A DNA stretch of 64,000 nt from Eledone cirrhosa (GCA_964016885.1 OZ024743.1:259594001-259658000); one strand, 5' to 3'. Numbered from the stretch's first letter, positions 26,918 to 42,868 are shown. Notes: generated from the letters alone by a model not told the origin. Program-made: numbers and translations.

Positions 26918-27224
26918 AGATTCCAATGAATAGATACGATCATTTTATATCAACTAGAAATTAATTGACATATAAATATATCTAAAATAAACATATGAAA
27001 CAATCACAGGGGATAATTTGTAAAAGTGTGTAAGCACACATAGCTATGTAGGTAACTAAATAAAGTTTAACTAGAACTTCAAAATTAGATACCTTATAAA
27101 TTGATTAATCTTCCTCGTATATATTCCATTAAAGAAATATATTTCACCAATTAATCGATTGGTAAACGACAGTAGCCAGATCCTGGATTTTCAACAAGGA
27201 AGAGGACTAACCATTTGTGTTTAC

Positions 27225-27334
<110 letters not shown>

Positions 27335-27399
27335 TAAAGAAAAACGTTGGGCGAAGACAACAATTACAGATGTGAACTCCAGCCAAAACTACTCAACAT

Positions 27400-27855
27400 G
27401 AGTGGAATAACAACCCTCAACTAGTAAATGAGAACAAGGTAAATACATACAAAGACACATAAGAAGAAAACTAATAAAAGAAACCAGACACATACAGATA
27501 CAATAATTAACCAACTAGTGACAAGTAAATAAACAAATAAATATGTTAAAATAGATAAATAAATGAATAAACAAATAAATAAACACACATATACAAACCT
27601 GGATATAACGCATGCGCAACACAAGTACAGAGCTCACATAAATAAGATGGTGTAGGCTAGTACAAAGGATAGAGACAAAGTAACAACCAAAAGTAGCCAC
27701 TGAGAATCAGAGAATGTGTGACGAAAGAGCTTTGACAATCAGCAACGAAACAACCAACCAGTTATTAAACTAACCGACTGGGCTTTCGTAATAAATGTAA
27801 CTGAGATCAGCAAGTGCATGTGTTTTTATTGACGGCATGATCCTCTCGAAGTTTA
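27400..27855 (+). mobile_element. Diverged PLE 3' UTR related to 1700-2115, with HHR remnant
   Basis: Shared motifs CCAACTAGT.ACA.GTAAATAA, CATGCGCAA, AAGATGG, AGAATGTGTGACGAAAGA.CTTTGACAAT (27711-27739), GCATGA.CCTC. Confidence 0.75.
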
Positions 27856-27874
27856 ACAATATATATATATATAC

Positions 27875-27963
<89 letters not shown>

Positions 27964-28510
27964 AATGTGTATGTCTGTGTGTTTGCATGTATATTTATGT
28001 ATATTTATGCACGAGTGTTTTATATAATCATTGTGCTTTCTACTCACTTTGTTTGCAGATTTTATGGTGTGTTTACGACGGTTCTGTGTATTATATATTA
28101 GTAAATGCTTTATCTGTATATTTTTCAGGCTGACCGTATTAGTGTATTTAATCTATAGTGAATGATGTGCGTGCTGTGATATCTCTGAGGGAAAATATAT
28201 CATGGGTGTGTTCTGCATACAAAATCAAATCTGATAAGACCCCTTATATGTAGTATGGTGAGTTGAGAGAAAATGATCAAATTTTATTATTTTAGCAACT
28301 AGTAAACATATATTTTATTATGGGGATGTAGAATCTAAAATTAACAATCATGAGAGGTAACTACAATAGAATCAGTTGATGGAAATTTGTGGAGAATATA
28401 GACAAGGCAAATTCAATTGCATCTGATCAACCGGTAAATAGTGTAGTGTGAAAATGTATTGGTTTTATTAAACCTTAGCAAAGCATAATCTACTCAGTAA
28501 GACAAAGAGT

Positions 28511-28564
<54 letters not shown>

Positions 28565-28754
28565 CCTCTCTCTCTCTTTCTTTCTTTCTCTTTTGCCGAG
28601 AATAAGTGACATAGTCACTACTTTAAAACTCATAACGAATGGTCTTCAAAATACAGTACATTGCCAAATATACTATACATCGCTATTTCAGAGCACCAAT
28701 ACTAATATGTATATATATATAGTATATATATATATGTATATGGGGGGGGGGGTA

Positions 28755-28842
<88 letters not shown>

Positions 28843-29246
28843 GGGTGAGAGAACGAGAGACAGAGAAAGAGAGAGGTAAGAGTGGTGGTGGTGAAGTAGG
28901 GAAGCAGCTTATGAATAGCAACAATATAGCCAAATGAAAATGGTGCAAGTGAGCATTTTGCTTTGTAAATACAAATACAATTTTTCAGTACACTCTATGT
29001 AGAAACGTTGCTTCTCTGAGATTATCCAAGCAATTGCACGACAAAAGTCCTCTGGTGGTGTTTAAAATGTGAAAACAAAAAGGAACAGACATAAAATTAG
29101 TATTATTAATTAACTGAAAATATTGTATATTATAGTTGACTCTGTTCTGGCAAACGGCAAACCTAAAGCAATCTCGCTCTTCAAGGCATGTCATCAATTC
29201 GGGCATGATGGGTGCGGTGATAATCTGATACACAGCAACCTCACTC

Positions 29247-29338
<92 letters not shown>

Positions 29339-29483
29339 CATATACATACAGAGATATCCACGTTAAGTTGTGGGGTCCAGTCTGCATGAAGAACTCAATG
29401 TAATCCATATGTTGAAAATGTTGTAGGTTAAAATAAATCACGGCAAACAATAAAACATTAAAAGGAAAACAGAGTCATGATAT

Positions 29484-29813
29484 AAGTTAAAACAATGAAA
29501 TAAAAAATCAAATCATTAGAAATATACTTCACTGCTTTACGATCGTTTCTAGGTGATGATAATACATCGTAACTATACTTCGTTATCGACCTATGTAAGG
29601 TTAGTTACAAAATATCAGATAAGGAAAATATTTACTTACATGCATGGTGATATGCATGTAAGTAAATATTTTCCTTATCTGATATTTTGTAACTAACCTT
29701 ACATAGGTCGATAACGAAGTATAGTTACGATGTATTATCATCACCTAGAAACGATCGTAAAGCAGTGAAGTATATTTCTAATGACTTGATTTTTTATTTT
29801 ATTGTTTTAACTT
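29484..29813. mobile_element. Fold-back of an HHR-bearing terminal repeat
   Basis: ~160-bp near-perfect arms centred near 29648; right arm has the 3' HHR half ATCACCTA-GAAA-CGATCG-TA-AAGCA (29740-29764). Confidence 0.85.
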
Positions 29814-32267
29814 CTATATATATATATGTATATACATATTAAGAAGCTCACAAGACAAAAACGGATAGTCCCTTCTCTTTAGTCATCTAGAAATCCTTAT
29901 AATTTCGGTGTATTACATTTGACACTATTCCTTTCAGTGCCCACGGGACAGTAACATGACAAACAGGGAATATAGGACAAAGTGTGTCTTTCAACGAATT
30001 ACACAAGCCAACGATAAACTGAAAAATACGCTGTGCAATAACTTAGACGAGAAGAGAAAAATAAGAATAAATAATTTGAAAGCTAGTCCTACAGAGAAGG
30101 CATAGAACGAGTGGCAACGCGTTATTTATAGCAACTAAAAGTTCGACCAGTTGATTATGTTGGTGTTATATTTTGTTTGATATTTTTACATTTGAAACGA
30201 ACTTAGATGTAATATTTTTTCTTGTTACTTACTAATTTGCTTGAAATTCTTCAACACGCCATATGTGCGACCTTATCGTATTTTTCTTTCTGCGGGTTTG
30301 CGACTATATTTAACTATATAGGTCTATTTGCAACAGTTTTTTTAAAACTATGTATGTGTTTGTTTGCAGCCATATTTTACTACGTGTGTGTTTGTGACTA
30401 TGATTAGCTAAGTATGTTTCTATTCGTGACTATGTATGTGTGTAGTTTGTTTAATATTTAACTATGTAGTGTGTATTTGTGACTTATTTAACTATGTATG
30501 TGTTTGTGTTTATAACTATGCAAATGTGTTTGTATCTATATATGTAATTATGTATGCGTCTATTTGTGAATATATTTAGCTATATGTTCGTGTTTGTGTA
30601 GGAGTATTGTTGTATACGCTGCTACTATATTCCGTTCTTTTATATTAATATGATACGACACAAGAAGTAAACTGAATTAGTCAAAACGAATATTCAGATC
30701 AAAGCCAGTCATTTTTGTTTTAGAAATTTAATAACTATTTATTTTTGCATTCATTTTATTTCGTTATCTTTTATCCGTTTTGTTTTTATTTGCATCATGT
30801 TTTTCTTCTTGTTATATTTTTGTTCCATGTATTTTGAAATTTCAAAGACTAAGAGCAAACTGTTATGGTGATGCGTTTAGATTGGGAAGTCAGTATCTAT
30901 TTAGATAACATGAGCGACACATAACACACTGACACTGTCGTATCCAGTAGCAACATTACTGTTTTAGTCATTTATTTGTTTCAGAAGTGCTATCTACAGA
31001 GTCATTGTTTTAGAAATGAGGGACAACAGGGTAATGCGAATTTTATAGCATATCTCTTGGCTAGTTACAAAAGGCACTCGGTACAATTCAAAACGCATCA
31101 TGTATTTTATAGTTGTTTGGTGCATTAATACATATTTCACTATCCTAATTTGTCTCTAGATTTTGCAGTGATAGACATATTTATTCCCTGTTGGTTGTGC
31201 AGAGTCCCTTTACCAGATGATGAAAGTAATACTTACCACTAGTGTGTAAAATAGTCCCTGTTGATAGTCCTGGGACATTTCACTAAACGTAAGCAATGTT
31301 TTACAGTATTAGGTAAAATACTATGAATTGATAGAACTGGTGCATGCGACCAGTTGTTTTTTCACCAGATCTTATAGACACAATAGAGCCAAAAGTAAAC
31401 CGGTATTAGGGGCCTTTATTTCATGGTGTTTAGTATTGATAAGGGATGTGGATGGATATATCTAAGAGCATAAATTTGATCACATATTTTGCTTTTTGGA
31501 GATGGGTTCATATATGTTAACGATAAAGTTAGCCGATGTAAGAACAACAAATTTCCGACAAATTAGTTGACGTGAAACATCAGAATGTTCACTGTTTAGT
31601 GTGATGGTATTTTGTCTTGACTAATCAATCATTAAAAGAACCTATCAGGAAGAGATGTATAAATGGTGTGAGAAAGTGGTAAAGACTAATTGAAATGTTG
31701 GAGTACGGATAAGAGAATAAGACTGGTGATCAAAGTAACTAATAGATACAGATCAATATGTTTCAGTCTCAAGCAATCATCATCATCTCTGTGGGAAAAA
31801 ATGGAGAGCAACTGTTCGAACTGAAGTTAATTTTGATTATGTTCAGTAGAAAAACAGTGCTAGGGTATAGAGCTTCTGATAGAACAAGCGATAATCAGGC
31901 ATGTTCTAGTGATTGTACATCCACGGAAGGTGGTACAGATGGTGGTACATATTAGCTACAAGAAGGAATAGAGGCAGTGAGCCAGTTTAATTCTAATGTG
32001 AGGAGTGATGTATTTTATATCAGAATAAACGCTACCATTCGAATGAAAGTTAGACATGTAAAGTAGCCAGGGAGGCAGATTGGCAAGGCGTGATTTAAAT
32101 GCATTTCAACAAATAATTAACAAAGTTACTGTTTCATCTCTCTTTTAGCTTACTATATCAAACTTTGCTCCTTTTATCTAGCAAACTCCATGTACAACTT
32201 TTAACCTGGTTTACCCCCAATACAAATCCTTTTTACATCCACGGATACAAATTCTTAGACACACCTT

Positions 32268-32441
32268 TGGCAGTATCGGTAGAGGGTCGGACGCCATGCT
32301 TTGCAGCAAAGAGTTACGGCCCTTTATGTTCTGAGTTCAAATCCCGCCGAGGTTAACTTTGCCTTGCGGGTTTGATAAAATAAAGTACCAGTAATACGCT
32401 GGGATGATTGCTGGCCTTGTGCCAAAAGTAGAAACAATTAT
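32268..32441 (+). mobile_element. tRNA-derived SINE (Meta/MESC-like core)
   Basis: TGGCAGTATCGG A box, GAGTTCAAATCCC B box, family tail. Confidence 0.85.
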
Positions 32442-33099
32442 AGTATCCTGTAATGAGTTGGCGCGTGATTGAACAAGTCTCAGCTGTTTTCTAAGTAACA
32501 TATATAATACTGAGCCCAGTGATTACTTTTCTTAAATCACATCTGTTTAGATGACTTCCTTGCTGCTCCAATGTTATTGTTGATGCCTTCGCTCCCGTAA
32601 CATCCAGAGTTACGTAGTATTTACAAAGAGAATAACCAGAGAAGGCTCATTTCTCCTACAATTACTCCGGCCATTTCTCATCCTCTAGGTTCAACCATAA
32701 ACAAATGCTCAAAGATTTTTCTCGAGAGAAGACCCTAAATTTGCATTCAGAGTAGTTTTTCTCACATTTCCACTCTGAACATCTCCACTTTCTGAACACT
32801 AAACAGACAGATATCAGGAGTCTGGGAGGCTAAAGACTGACAGACAGACACACACACGCCCGGCCCCTCACACACACCACACATACGGAAGTATAAATGA
32901 AGTTAAGTTGGAGAGGGATTGCGAGTACAACAGTGAGATATGTATGGTTGTGGATATATTTGTAATGAGTTTACACACAAACACACACACACACACACAC
33001 TCATATATATATGTATGTATGTGTATATATATATATATATATATAATGTATATTATTGTGTCGTTTCCTTTGTTATTTCTGTTTACTTTTTACATTCAC

Positions 33100-33354
<255 letters not shown>

Positions 33355-33385
33355 TTATGTGTGTGAGAGAGAGAGAGACAGAGAA

Positions 33386-33448
<63 letters not shown>

Positions 33449-34096
33449 GACGTGTATATGTATATAAGATATATGACATTTATGACAAGTTTTATAAGAA
33501 TGTAATTGTAGATGAAATATGGCGTATTTCCTGAATGTTATCTCACTGCCTCAATGCCTGCAAGTGCCTTGTTTTTACCACTCTCTATACATACATACAT
33601 ACATACATACATACATACATACATACATACATACATACATACATACATACATACATGCATACATACATTCGTACATGCATGCATACATACATACATACGT
33701 ACATACATGCATACATACATACATATACTTACATGCATACTTGCATACATATATAACACCAATATTAGTAATAGTTCTAGCTGTATTAGTGCTAATCGAT
33801 GCAATTTAAATTCGAACCATAAAATAGATTATTAGAAAGATGTTTTAAAATAACGTTTTTATATTAGACATTAAAAGCTTTCAGCCATCCACAGCCTGTA
33901 CATTACCTTGTTAAAATAGAACTACATTCTGGTGTGAAGTTCATGGCACACATGAGTACTTACAAGTACACACACATTCACACACACACTCACACACACA
34001 CACGCGCGCGCCCGTGCGCGCATACACGCACTCATGCACATGTATACATATATATGCATATTTATGCATATTTATATTTATACATATATATGCATA

Positions 34097-34127
<31 letters not shown>

Positions 34128-35165
34128 GCCTGTGTGTGAAGATTTTTTTTAATGTGAGGAAAGACTGTGCACTGAGCCAACCACACTCTAGCCAATCACA
34201 GTAGCTATAACCCGAAAAGAAGAAAAGATCAACACCATCGGTAACTACTGAGCCGCAGGTTTTATGTCGGAGTTATCCCAGTTTCCTGAGTTGCCTTCTC
34301 CTAGAAGAATGCCCTGACAAAAGCTAGTGGTCCTTCACGCCTTTAATCAGCCCGACTATTTCTATGTCCCCGTGCATATACATACATATACACACATGCA
34401 TATACATATATACATATACATACATATGTACATGTGTATATACATATTACACATTTTTGAATGGCCGTTGACTCTTATGAGTTCTTCCGCCGTTTGTAAG
34501 GTGTAAGGTTTTGTATTTTGTCCTGCAGGGTGTCCAAAATCACCCTCCTCACCAAGTAACCTTGGTGGGGGTTGCCGGTTTAGTCGCCTACATACATACA
34601 CTGTACGTTTGGCACTACCAACTCCTGATTCAGAGTAAAGGTGTATATGGAATCAATATATACAATATGTTAATGCATAATAAGCATCCTTTTACCCTCG
34701 CTGTGAAAATTTTAAGAAGAGTCGATATCACAGCTACCACAATCAGAACGTTGTATACTTGTATTTCAGAATTGTTATTCATCAGAAACAATTGCTTCCC
34801 TATTCCGAGATACCAGTATATAAAATACTTTAGATATATAAAAATGAGAGACGATTACAGTGGTACCAAAGTATATCAGTTGTTGCTTTTCTTTTGGTCA
34901 ACATTGGTGAAGTGGAGAGGAGATTCCGGTATGCATGAGCGACTGCTAGTCTTTCGCAAAACAACTTACCAAAGCTTGCACTTTAGACAGGGACTTGCGA
35001 GGTGTAAGCGAGGATCATTCATAATCGATGTGGGTCACAAAGAATTAATCGTTAATTACATAATGCTAACTTAACATAACTCTTCTCAGATTCCCCCCAC
35101 CCCCATAGTTGCAACAATACATACTGACATCGTGAGAAGAAAACAGAAATACTACTCAATGTGTG

Positions 35166-35268
<103 letters not shown>

Positions 35269-35289
35269 CACATATATATATATACATAC

Positions 35290-35338
<49 letters not shown>

Positions 35339-35769
35339 TACACACATATATATATGTATGTATATATTTATATCGATTTGATTTAGTAGACCAATTTATA
35401 TAACGGTTACTGAACAAACTTAACACTATCAATACAACCGGCATAAAGGAGCCTTTTTTAAAAAGAAATAGACCGCTTATCTCACTAACCTAATTTATTA
35501 TAGCTGCAGACATGCTAAATACATTATTCTAAGAAATAATTATATATAGTATACCAAAGCAATTAAACATTTTACGTGAATAACACACCACAATTGCTTT
35601 ATGAAGGTCTGAATAATGTTCAAACCAGTAATGCAATTTATAAATTCATTTGTATACATGATGAAACTTGTACATCTATTTGTCTAACTCCTATTGATAT
35701 ACTAGCATTATTGTCACACTTTTCACGTGCAGACAACTGCACTTACAATAATATGGCAAAGGGCATCGG

Positions 35770-35955
35770 TGGATTGGCAGTATCGGTAGAGGATCTGGCG
35801 CCATGCTTTGAGGCATGGAGTTATGGCCCTTGCCATTCTGAGTTCCAATCCCGCCGAGGTTAACTTTGCCTTTCATCCTTACGGGGTCGATAAAATAAAG
35901 TACCAGTAATGTACTGGGTAATTGCTGGCCTTGTGACAAAAGTAGAAACAATTAT
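35770..35955 (+). mobile_element. Full-length tRNA-derived SINE (Meta/MESC-like core)
   Basis: A/B boxes, TTAACTTTGCCTTTCATCCTTACGGGGTCGATAAAATAAAGTACCAG core, family tail. Confidence 0.9.
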
Positions 35956-37186
35956 AATACACGACACAAAAACAGCATTAAACAGTAAAAAAATGGATTA
36001 GTTAAATACATAACTATCATATAATGAATAAATAGAAAAATAAAAAATAGAACTTTTTTTAGAAGCTAAATTAATAATAAAAAATCAGGATAGAGCAGAA
36101 CGATGACACAACATCAAAAAGGTCATATCAAAGACCACAGCTACACTATTTCAAATATTTGGGGAAAATCTCACCTCTGGTCATAAAACTTAACGAATGA
36201 AAATAGACACTTTAACATGATTTTCGACTGCAATAAAACGGCAAAAGCAATTACTACTAAAATCCTTTCATCGAAAAGAGAAGATAGAGTTGTTTTTAAA
36301 AGCCGATGCCACATATAGAGTTATTACTCAAAGAAACAGTCATAACACTAAATAAGGAAAAGTGAAATATGTTTAGAAAATATGGTTAGGACTAGAGCTA
36401 AATAGTGTGTTTTTATAATGCACTATTGGAAATGCTATTTCGCTGTAGGTTTAATCACACACACACAAACACACATGCACACAGACGGGCGTACATCCTT
36501 CCACAACCACACACTCACACACACAAACACACACACACACGTACTCTTACACACACACACACAAATGTATTATATACAATTATAGATAGATATAATATAG
36601 CGAGTATAACAGTGTATGAGGTGGCAATCGTTGATTTCGGCTAATTGAAGTTCGGTATCATATGTTGAATGGCAAGATTTGCATCTGGTGAGACAGAAAT
36701 GGAAAGAAGTTGGTGTAGTGTCATTGACTTTCTTCGTCTTTACACAGGAGCTTTCTCGTCAATGATTAAAAAAAGTAAATTTAATATACACATAGTAGGA
36801 CTATTGGTGTGTCATAATTTGGGACTACAGAGTTAGACTACGTGTTGAGTCTATTCAATTGCTTAACCCAACAATATCTTAACCACCTTTATATCATTAT
36901 TCATAACACTAGGATAGTCGGCATATGGGCAAAAATAAACATATCGCAGGATAGAGAAAAGCTTTTCCTAAAATTAGTGATATTGCATATAAAATTGAAA
37001 TATGTAATCTTTAAAGAAGAGTGGTCTACGTACGAATTCATCGTTAAATTTGGAAGTAAAACTATCTGCAAAATTCATGCATTTTATGTGTACATTTTTT
37101 ATATTTAGACAACCAAATATTACATACATCCGAAATATGCAATGTTTTGAGAAAGCAAAATATGATGACTATTTTCTAATGATAAA

Positions 37187-37365
37187 AAATAATTGTTTCT
37201 ACTTTTGGCACAAGGCCAGTAATTATCTCAGTTTATTACTGGTGCTTTATTTTTAAGGATGATAGGCAAAGTTAACATCGGCAGGATTTGAACTGAGACC
37301 ATAAAGGGTCATAACTCTATGCTGCAAAGCATGGCGTCCGACCTTCTACCGATACTGCCAATCCC
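37187..37365 (-). mobile_element. tRNA-derived SINE
   Basis: Reverse complement of the 35770 family. Confidence 0.85.
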
Positions 37366-37540
37366 CTGCTAAAAGATAATGATGATTAAAGACTTAATAA
37401 TTAACTAAACTGAGATTCTATTTAGCCGCAGAGAAAAGAGTATGAGTAGTTTTCCCATCCACATTGCGACCAATAAAATATTGAACGAATAATCTAGATG
37501 AGAATTTTTAACAATCTATAAGACAATAACATCTCCCGCG

Positions 37541-37708
37541 AGTATCGGTAGAGGGTCGGATGACATGCTTTGAAGCATAGAGTTACCTCCCTTTATGATC
37601 TGAGTTTAAATTCCACCGAGGTTAACTTTGCTTTTCATCCGTACGAGGTCGATAAATAAGGTACCAGTAATGCACTGGCCTTGTGTCAAAATTAGAAACA
37701 ATTATTAT
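37541..37708 (+). mobile_element. tRNA-derived SINE
   Basis: Same family, head-to-head with the 37187 copy. Confidence 0.85.
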
Positions 37709-37754
37709 TCAGCATACGTTTTGTACTGGATAAAGATGTTCAATATAAGGGCAA

Positions 37755-37890
37755 ACCTTGAGTACATTGTATAAGACTTTGACAAGACCTTCTATAAATC
37801 GACTATAGGATACACACTGATAACGTTTACCATCAAAGGAATGTTCAGGTGTTTCATCTTCCTGAAAAACAGACACCAATTTCTGCAGTC
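37755..37890 (+). pseudogene. Highly decayed CR1/L2-like LINE RT fragment
   Basis: YIV*DFDKTFYK resembles Y.DF.KAFD; FLKNRHQF resembles FL..R.Q.V. Confidence 0.4.
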
Positions 37891-39131
37891 ACAATATGGT
37901 CCTAAAATAATTTTAAATATTTTGCAAAGTTTATCGTCTTTCTGAAAAATGTTTGAGATGTAAATAAATTAAAGCATTGAAGCCTGAAATTGAGAGTAAA
38001 TCATGAAATCAGTGCAGAAATAGCATGGTATAAATCTACGGTGCTCAGTATCTCTTTCTTTGTGAGATGAATCTACAGATATACGAGAATGAGAGTCTAC
38101 TGTCCATGCGGTTTTAAACATTATTTATAACAAAAGTGAAATGAAATGATCAGTCCTGGAGTCGGAACTAGATCATGTTAGCAGATCATTTTAGCAAACA
38201 TCGAATATATGACATTCACCATGCTCCTCTAAATATAATACTAAGCGAAAATCTATTCAATCCTATTTAACTATTCATATTTCTATAATAATGGATTATT
38301 AATAGAATTCAAACAATCATTTCATCCATATTGATTTTAGTCTTTCTTCAATCAAATGAAAACAGCCCTCTCGGCATAAAACATTATACCATAACTACCC
38401 AATAGCAGCCACTTCCCCCTCTCCAATTTTATTCTCCAACTTCTCTGCAAACATCAATATTATTGGATGATGAGATAGCAAAAATAGTTGAAAACCGGAC
38501 TTGCGGTAGTCTATGTTTCAATCTATCCGTAAGCGACATCTCCTTTCGCACCACCAGATCGATTATATAAGCACCATTATTGTTCAATGTTGATATAATC
38601 ACTTGTAATGTTCTCCTACAACATTTGACCCACGTGGCCTATTCCAAAGACACAGCAGAGCAACCAACATTGACAGCCCCGTCATTTTGTATATCTAGGA
38701 TATTTTACAATGGTTTGAAAGAATTTGGCTGCTAGTTATTTATATGAATTGGACACGATGGTAGAAGATCTGCCACGAAAGTATTGCTAACCTTGAAGGG
38801 AATTCCACAGTCCAGCTGAACCCCGATCGGGGTGCGCAACATGCCGTCACACACAAGTGACACCCGCCGCCACCATTACTTCTGATACTGCATCAACGCA
38901 CCTCTTCTGAATTCAAAGAACGCTATAGCTCATATACAGGCCTCATTACCCATCATAATTAGAAGCAGTACGGATGATAGGACTCATTAGCCATCGCAGA
39001 CATAGGCGGTCCGGATGACAAGATTAGTCGTTAGCAATGACTTTATCTAACATCATTTTTTGCACTTAAGGAAATCTCCCGCTCTCTCGTTAGTTCATAT
39101 AACAATTAGTAATATAGAGAAGTAAATTTAA

Positions 39132-39320
39132 TAATTATTTCTACTTTTGGCACAAGGCCAGCAATTTCCCCAGTATATTACTGGTACTTTATTTTATCGA
39201 CCCCGTAAGGATGAAAGGCAAAGTTAACCTCGGCGGGATTTGAACTCAGATCATAAGGGGGCGTAACTCTATGCTACAAAGCATGGCGTCCGACGCTTTA
39301 CTGATACTGCAAATCCAACG
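39132..39320 (-). mobile_element. Full-length tRNA-derived SINE
   Basis: Reverse complement of the 35770 family, little divergence. Confidence 0.9.
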
Positions 39321-41164
39321 CCCTTAAGTAAATTTAATAATGGACATTAACTTCTGTATTAAGAATGATTTGTCTGAAATAGCTTCACCATTGTAGTTTC
39401 GATCTCTGGTTGGATCTATTGTATTTTATTTACTCTAATGACGTCTTTTGGAAAATCATCAACGGTATAAAGCCCCTCTCCTGCTCTTCCGTATATTTAG
39501 TATGTTTGTTGACGGCCAAAACACAAACGTGTGTCAGGCATTTTTATAATAACAATAATAATAATGAAATTATTGTCTACATAGCTCAGGAGTCTACAAC
39601 TCATACATGCACATTTGATGAGTTATATTGCATCTGAACACTGTACACAATGATTTCATTATTATTGGGGTCGATAAAATAAAGGACCAGTGATGCACTG
39701 TGTAATTGCTGGCCTTGTGCCAAAAAGTAGAAACAATTATTATTATGACACAATATAAGATTAGTGCTAAATACATTACACTATTCATCTGCTACATTCT
39801 AGTTTCTGGCCTGAAGATTTGTTGATATGAAATACACCCCACATCGCTTTTATTGCTGACGAAATGGTATTGCTGCCGTTGCTCGTCTACCATATTGTCA
39901 TGTATGTTGTGTATATATTTGGAAGGAAATGAATCATAAATTATATCTAGCTAGTCGGCAAAATACCAGTTTCAGGCAGTGACGGATACCTGGTGGTAAT
40001 TGTTTCGGTTCTTTGGTATATGAATTCTGGGGCGGTAGTCGGAATCCATCACCCAGATTAATACGACAATTTTTCGTTGGATGCATTTAGGGAAGGTAAT
40101 ATGGTTGCAATCATTCACCCTACGTCTCTGCTTTGAGGATCATTTTCACCATTCCTCCCACCACAGTCGGAGGTCCAGACAAATAATGAGGCACATGAGC
40201 TCCCTATTCCTCTTTGCTAAGCTGTGAAAAAATAATTAATTAATAATCAACAAGTATTTTACACTGTTCTATTCCAAGTAGGCACTGACATATCTGATAC
40301 ACACTCAAATATACGCATGTACGGACACCTGCAGGCACGCACAGACTCAAGTAGACAAGAACGGACTTACGCAAGAACGCACAAATACACGCATGTATGT
40401 ATAAATATATATTCTCGTTCACAAACAGACACATTAGATGGCGCCAGAAGGATATCGCTGGAGAGTTATGGGGATCAATCAATGGATCAATAAATCACAA
40501 TCTCAGACACAAACGAATCGTCGTGCCGAGCTGAAAATATGGGGAAATGTGATATACTTCCGATGTCACATAGCTGACATCTGATAATAGAAGTGCATAA
40601 AGATGCACTTTCAATTTTTTCTTTATATTTTTTGCGTTTTCCTTGGATTCATTAGTTAGATTTTTTTCCCTATAACACAACTTCCTTCTGTAAGGAAGTT
40701 AGCATACAGTGACAGTTTCACGTAACAAAATGGTATTTGAAAGCTGATTTGCATTAAAAGAAAATAACAAAAGAAAAAAAAACAATATCTTCCCCTCTCA
40801 AGAAAAAATGTAGTGTAAATGTGTTTGGTCAAATGGCGACCAATTTAAATTCGATTTCACCAAAACTATAAAAGCATCAAATGAAATAAGATTCTTGTGA
40901 AAATCAGTGAAGCAACGGAATGAATGTATTAATGAAGGCAGTTATTGTGTAGGTGTTGGTAGTGGTAGAATGTATAGTAAGAGGTTAGTAGCAATGTTGA
41001 AGAATATTACGGTTTGGCGATGGTGGTGGTTGGTTTTGGCTGTTGTTGTTGTATATATGTATATATATTTATGTAGACACTTATTTTTAATATAAAAAAA
41101 TTTTGCTTTTATTTTTTATCTGACAAGACTTTCATTAGTACTTTCATAGTTATAATTATTGTTG

Positions 41165-42540
41165 TTGTCGTTTTTGCCTGGGATCAACAGACTAACACTT
41201 TCAAACGCGATCAAACTCTTTTTCCTATCTTCTGAGAATCCAGTACACCCTTATCCAATTTGTCATTTTCTAAGACAAAAGGGTACCAAGGGAAAATCTA
41301 GCTTATAGTTTTAGCAGGTCGAGTAATCATATAGACTTTGTTTCTACTGATGTTTTTGTTGCTGTCATCATTTATTCTCAATTCAAGGCTGATTGACGAG
41401 ATTTGAGACAAGAAGCATTCCTGACGAGACTATCCCGTTTTTCTGTTCAGGAATATTTAGGATAACACCATTTAGTATGTCCTTTAGTTGTTTTATGAGA
41501 CCCTGGTGTGCGATTGAAATGAGATTTGGCTGTTATTTCTAGCGGGTTGAAAGATACACATTTTATGGATGGCCAAGATGTTGTTGTTTCTTCGTTCCAG
41601 TTTAGTCCTGATTCAGCAGCCATATGATCATTTACAGCTTGACAATCTCGACCTATTGAGACATGTATAAATATGTTGTTATCATTGATGATGATAGGTA
41701 AATGATATATTGAATGTCGAGGTATCGATATTTTGTTTGTAGGTGATGGTAGTGCGTTATAGCGTGGTGATGGTGATTGTGCTTGTAGGTTATAGTAGTG
41801 TGTTACTACCACCAACATACTACTACCACCTACGATCACCATCACCATCACCAACATTCAAACACCAGTACCACCTCCATTAGTTACCAATATTTTTGTT
41901 ATCGTTGTGGTTTAGCCCCGGATTAGCATTAATGGAGGTATACTATGGGTCATAGGTACTCTATTAATCGAATTGGTCAGGCTCACGGTCCATTGTCCAA
42001 AATATATCATGCCTTCCCCTAAACTGATATCTACAGTGTAACATGCAGTGGGTAATCATACAGAGTGTAATGTTGCTATATTCTCTCAAATATGCAGGCG
42101 ATTTCTGCTCTACAGGTAGCTTTTTCTGGCATACAAGAGCAAAGATGGGTGATGTGCTGTACTCTGGACATGCTGCATTCGTTCAACTATGCAGTCTACA
42201 TCTGCCCTACAGATAGATTCTGGCGGGTGACCAGAGCAAAGATGGGTCTAATGAACTCACTTAAGGTGTGACAATTGTTGTTTCTCAAGAACTATTCTTG
42301 AATATTTAGGGATAACATCGCTTCTATTATTTGTTGTCGGTGTTGCTGTCGGTGTTGGTGTTTAGCTTCAGCTAAAACCTGATTGAAAAGATATATGACA
42401 AAAGGCATTTCAGCTTTGTCCATCCCACCTTATTATATGCGGGCAACCCAGAACTATATTATCCAATGCGTTCTTTCAGCAGTGGAATTTGGATTCTAAG
42501 TGTAGCATATCAAGTGACAATCTAAATGCTCCCTTGATAG
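41165..42540 (+). repeat. Cluster of an old dispersed repeat family
   Basis: Recurrent diverged motifs TTTAGCCCC.G....CCTGAT...CAGA..TATGA..AAAGGCATT.C and GATTTGGCTG.TATTTCTAGC at ~41170, 41380, 41910, 42360; also ~290-460(-), 57040, 59085. Confidence 0.5.
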
Positions 42541-42730
42541 CTCAGTTTTTTAAGTTTATGGTTAAGTTAGATGGTGGTGACTTATTATTGTATAATGTTT
42601 TTATATAGCTATTTGTTGATGGTGGTAATGTTGATAGAAAAGCCACGTGTTATTGATGAATACAGGCTTGTGGTAATACTATTATTACTTTATTTTAGTA
42701 CATCTCGGTGGGGATTTGAAGCCTTGGTTT

Positions 42731-42806
<76 letters not shown>

Positions 42807-42868
42807 TGTGGTGGTGGTAGTAAAATGATGATAATGATAAGGATTATGATGATGATGACGCCATCGGA

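Noticed and set aside
27145-27170. ACCAAT..ATTGG-TA as an HHR stem III
   Set aside because: No GAAA or 5' core found
31100-32000. Possible LINE endonuclease fossil on the minus strand (IA*D*N, VNIYEP)
   Set aside because: Motifs are too short and in the wrong order for an APE domain
35770-35860. SINE heads as tRNA genes
   Set aside because: A/B boxes present but no full cloverleaf, and they run into SINE core and tail
38300-38900. Possible LINE endonuclease fragment (GEGEVAAIG) on the minus strand
   Set aside because: Single weak motif; no continuous homology visible
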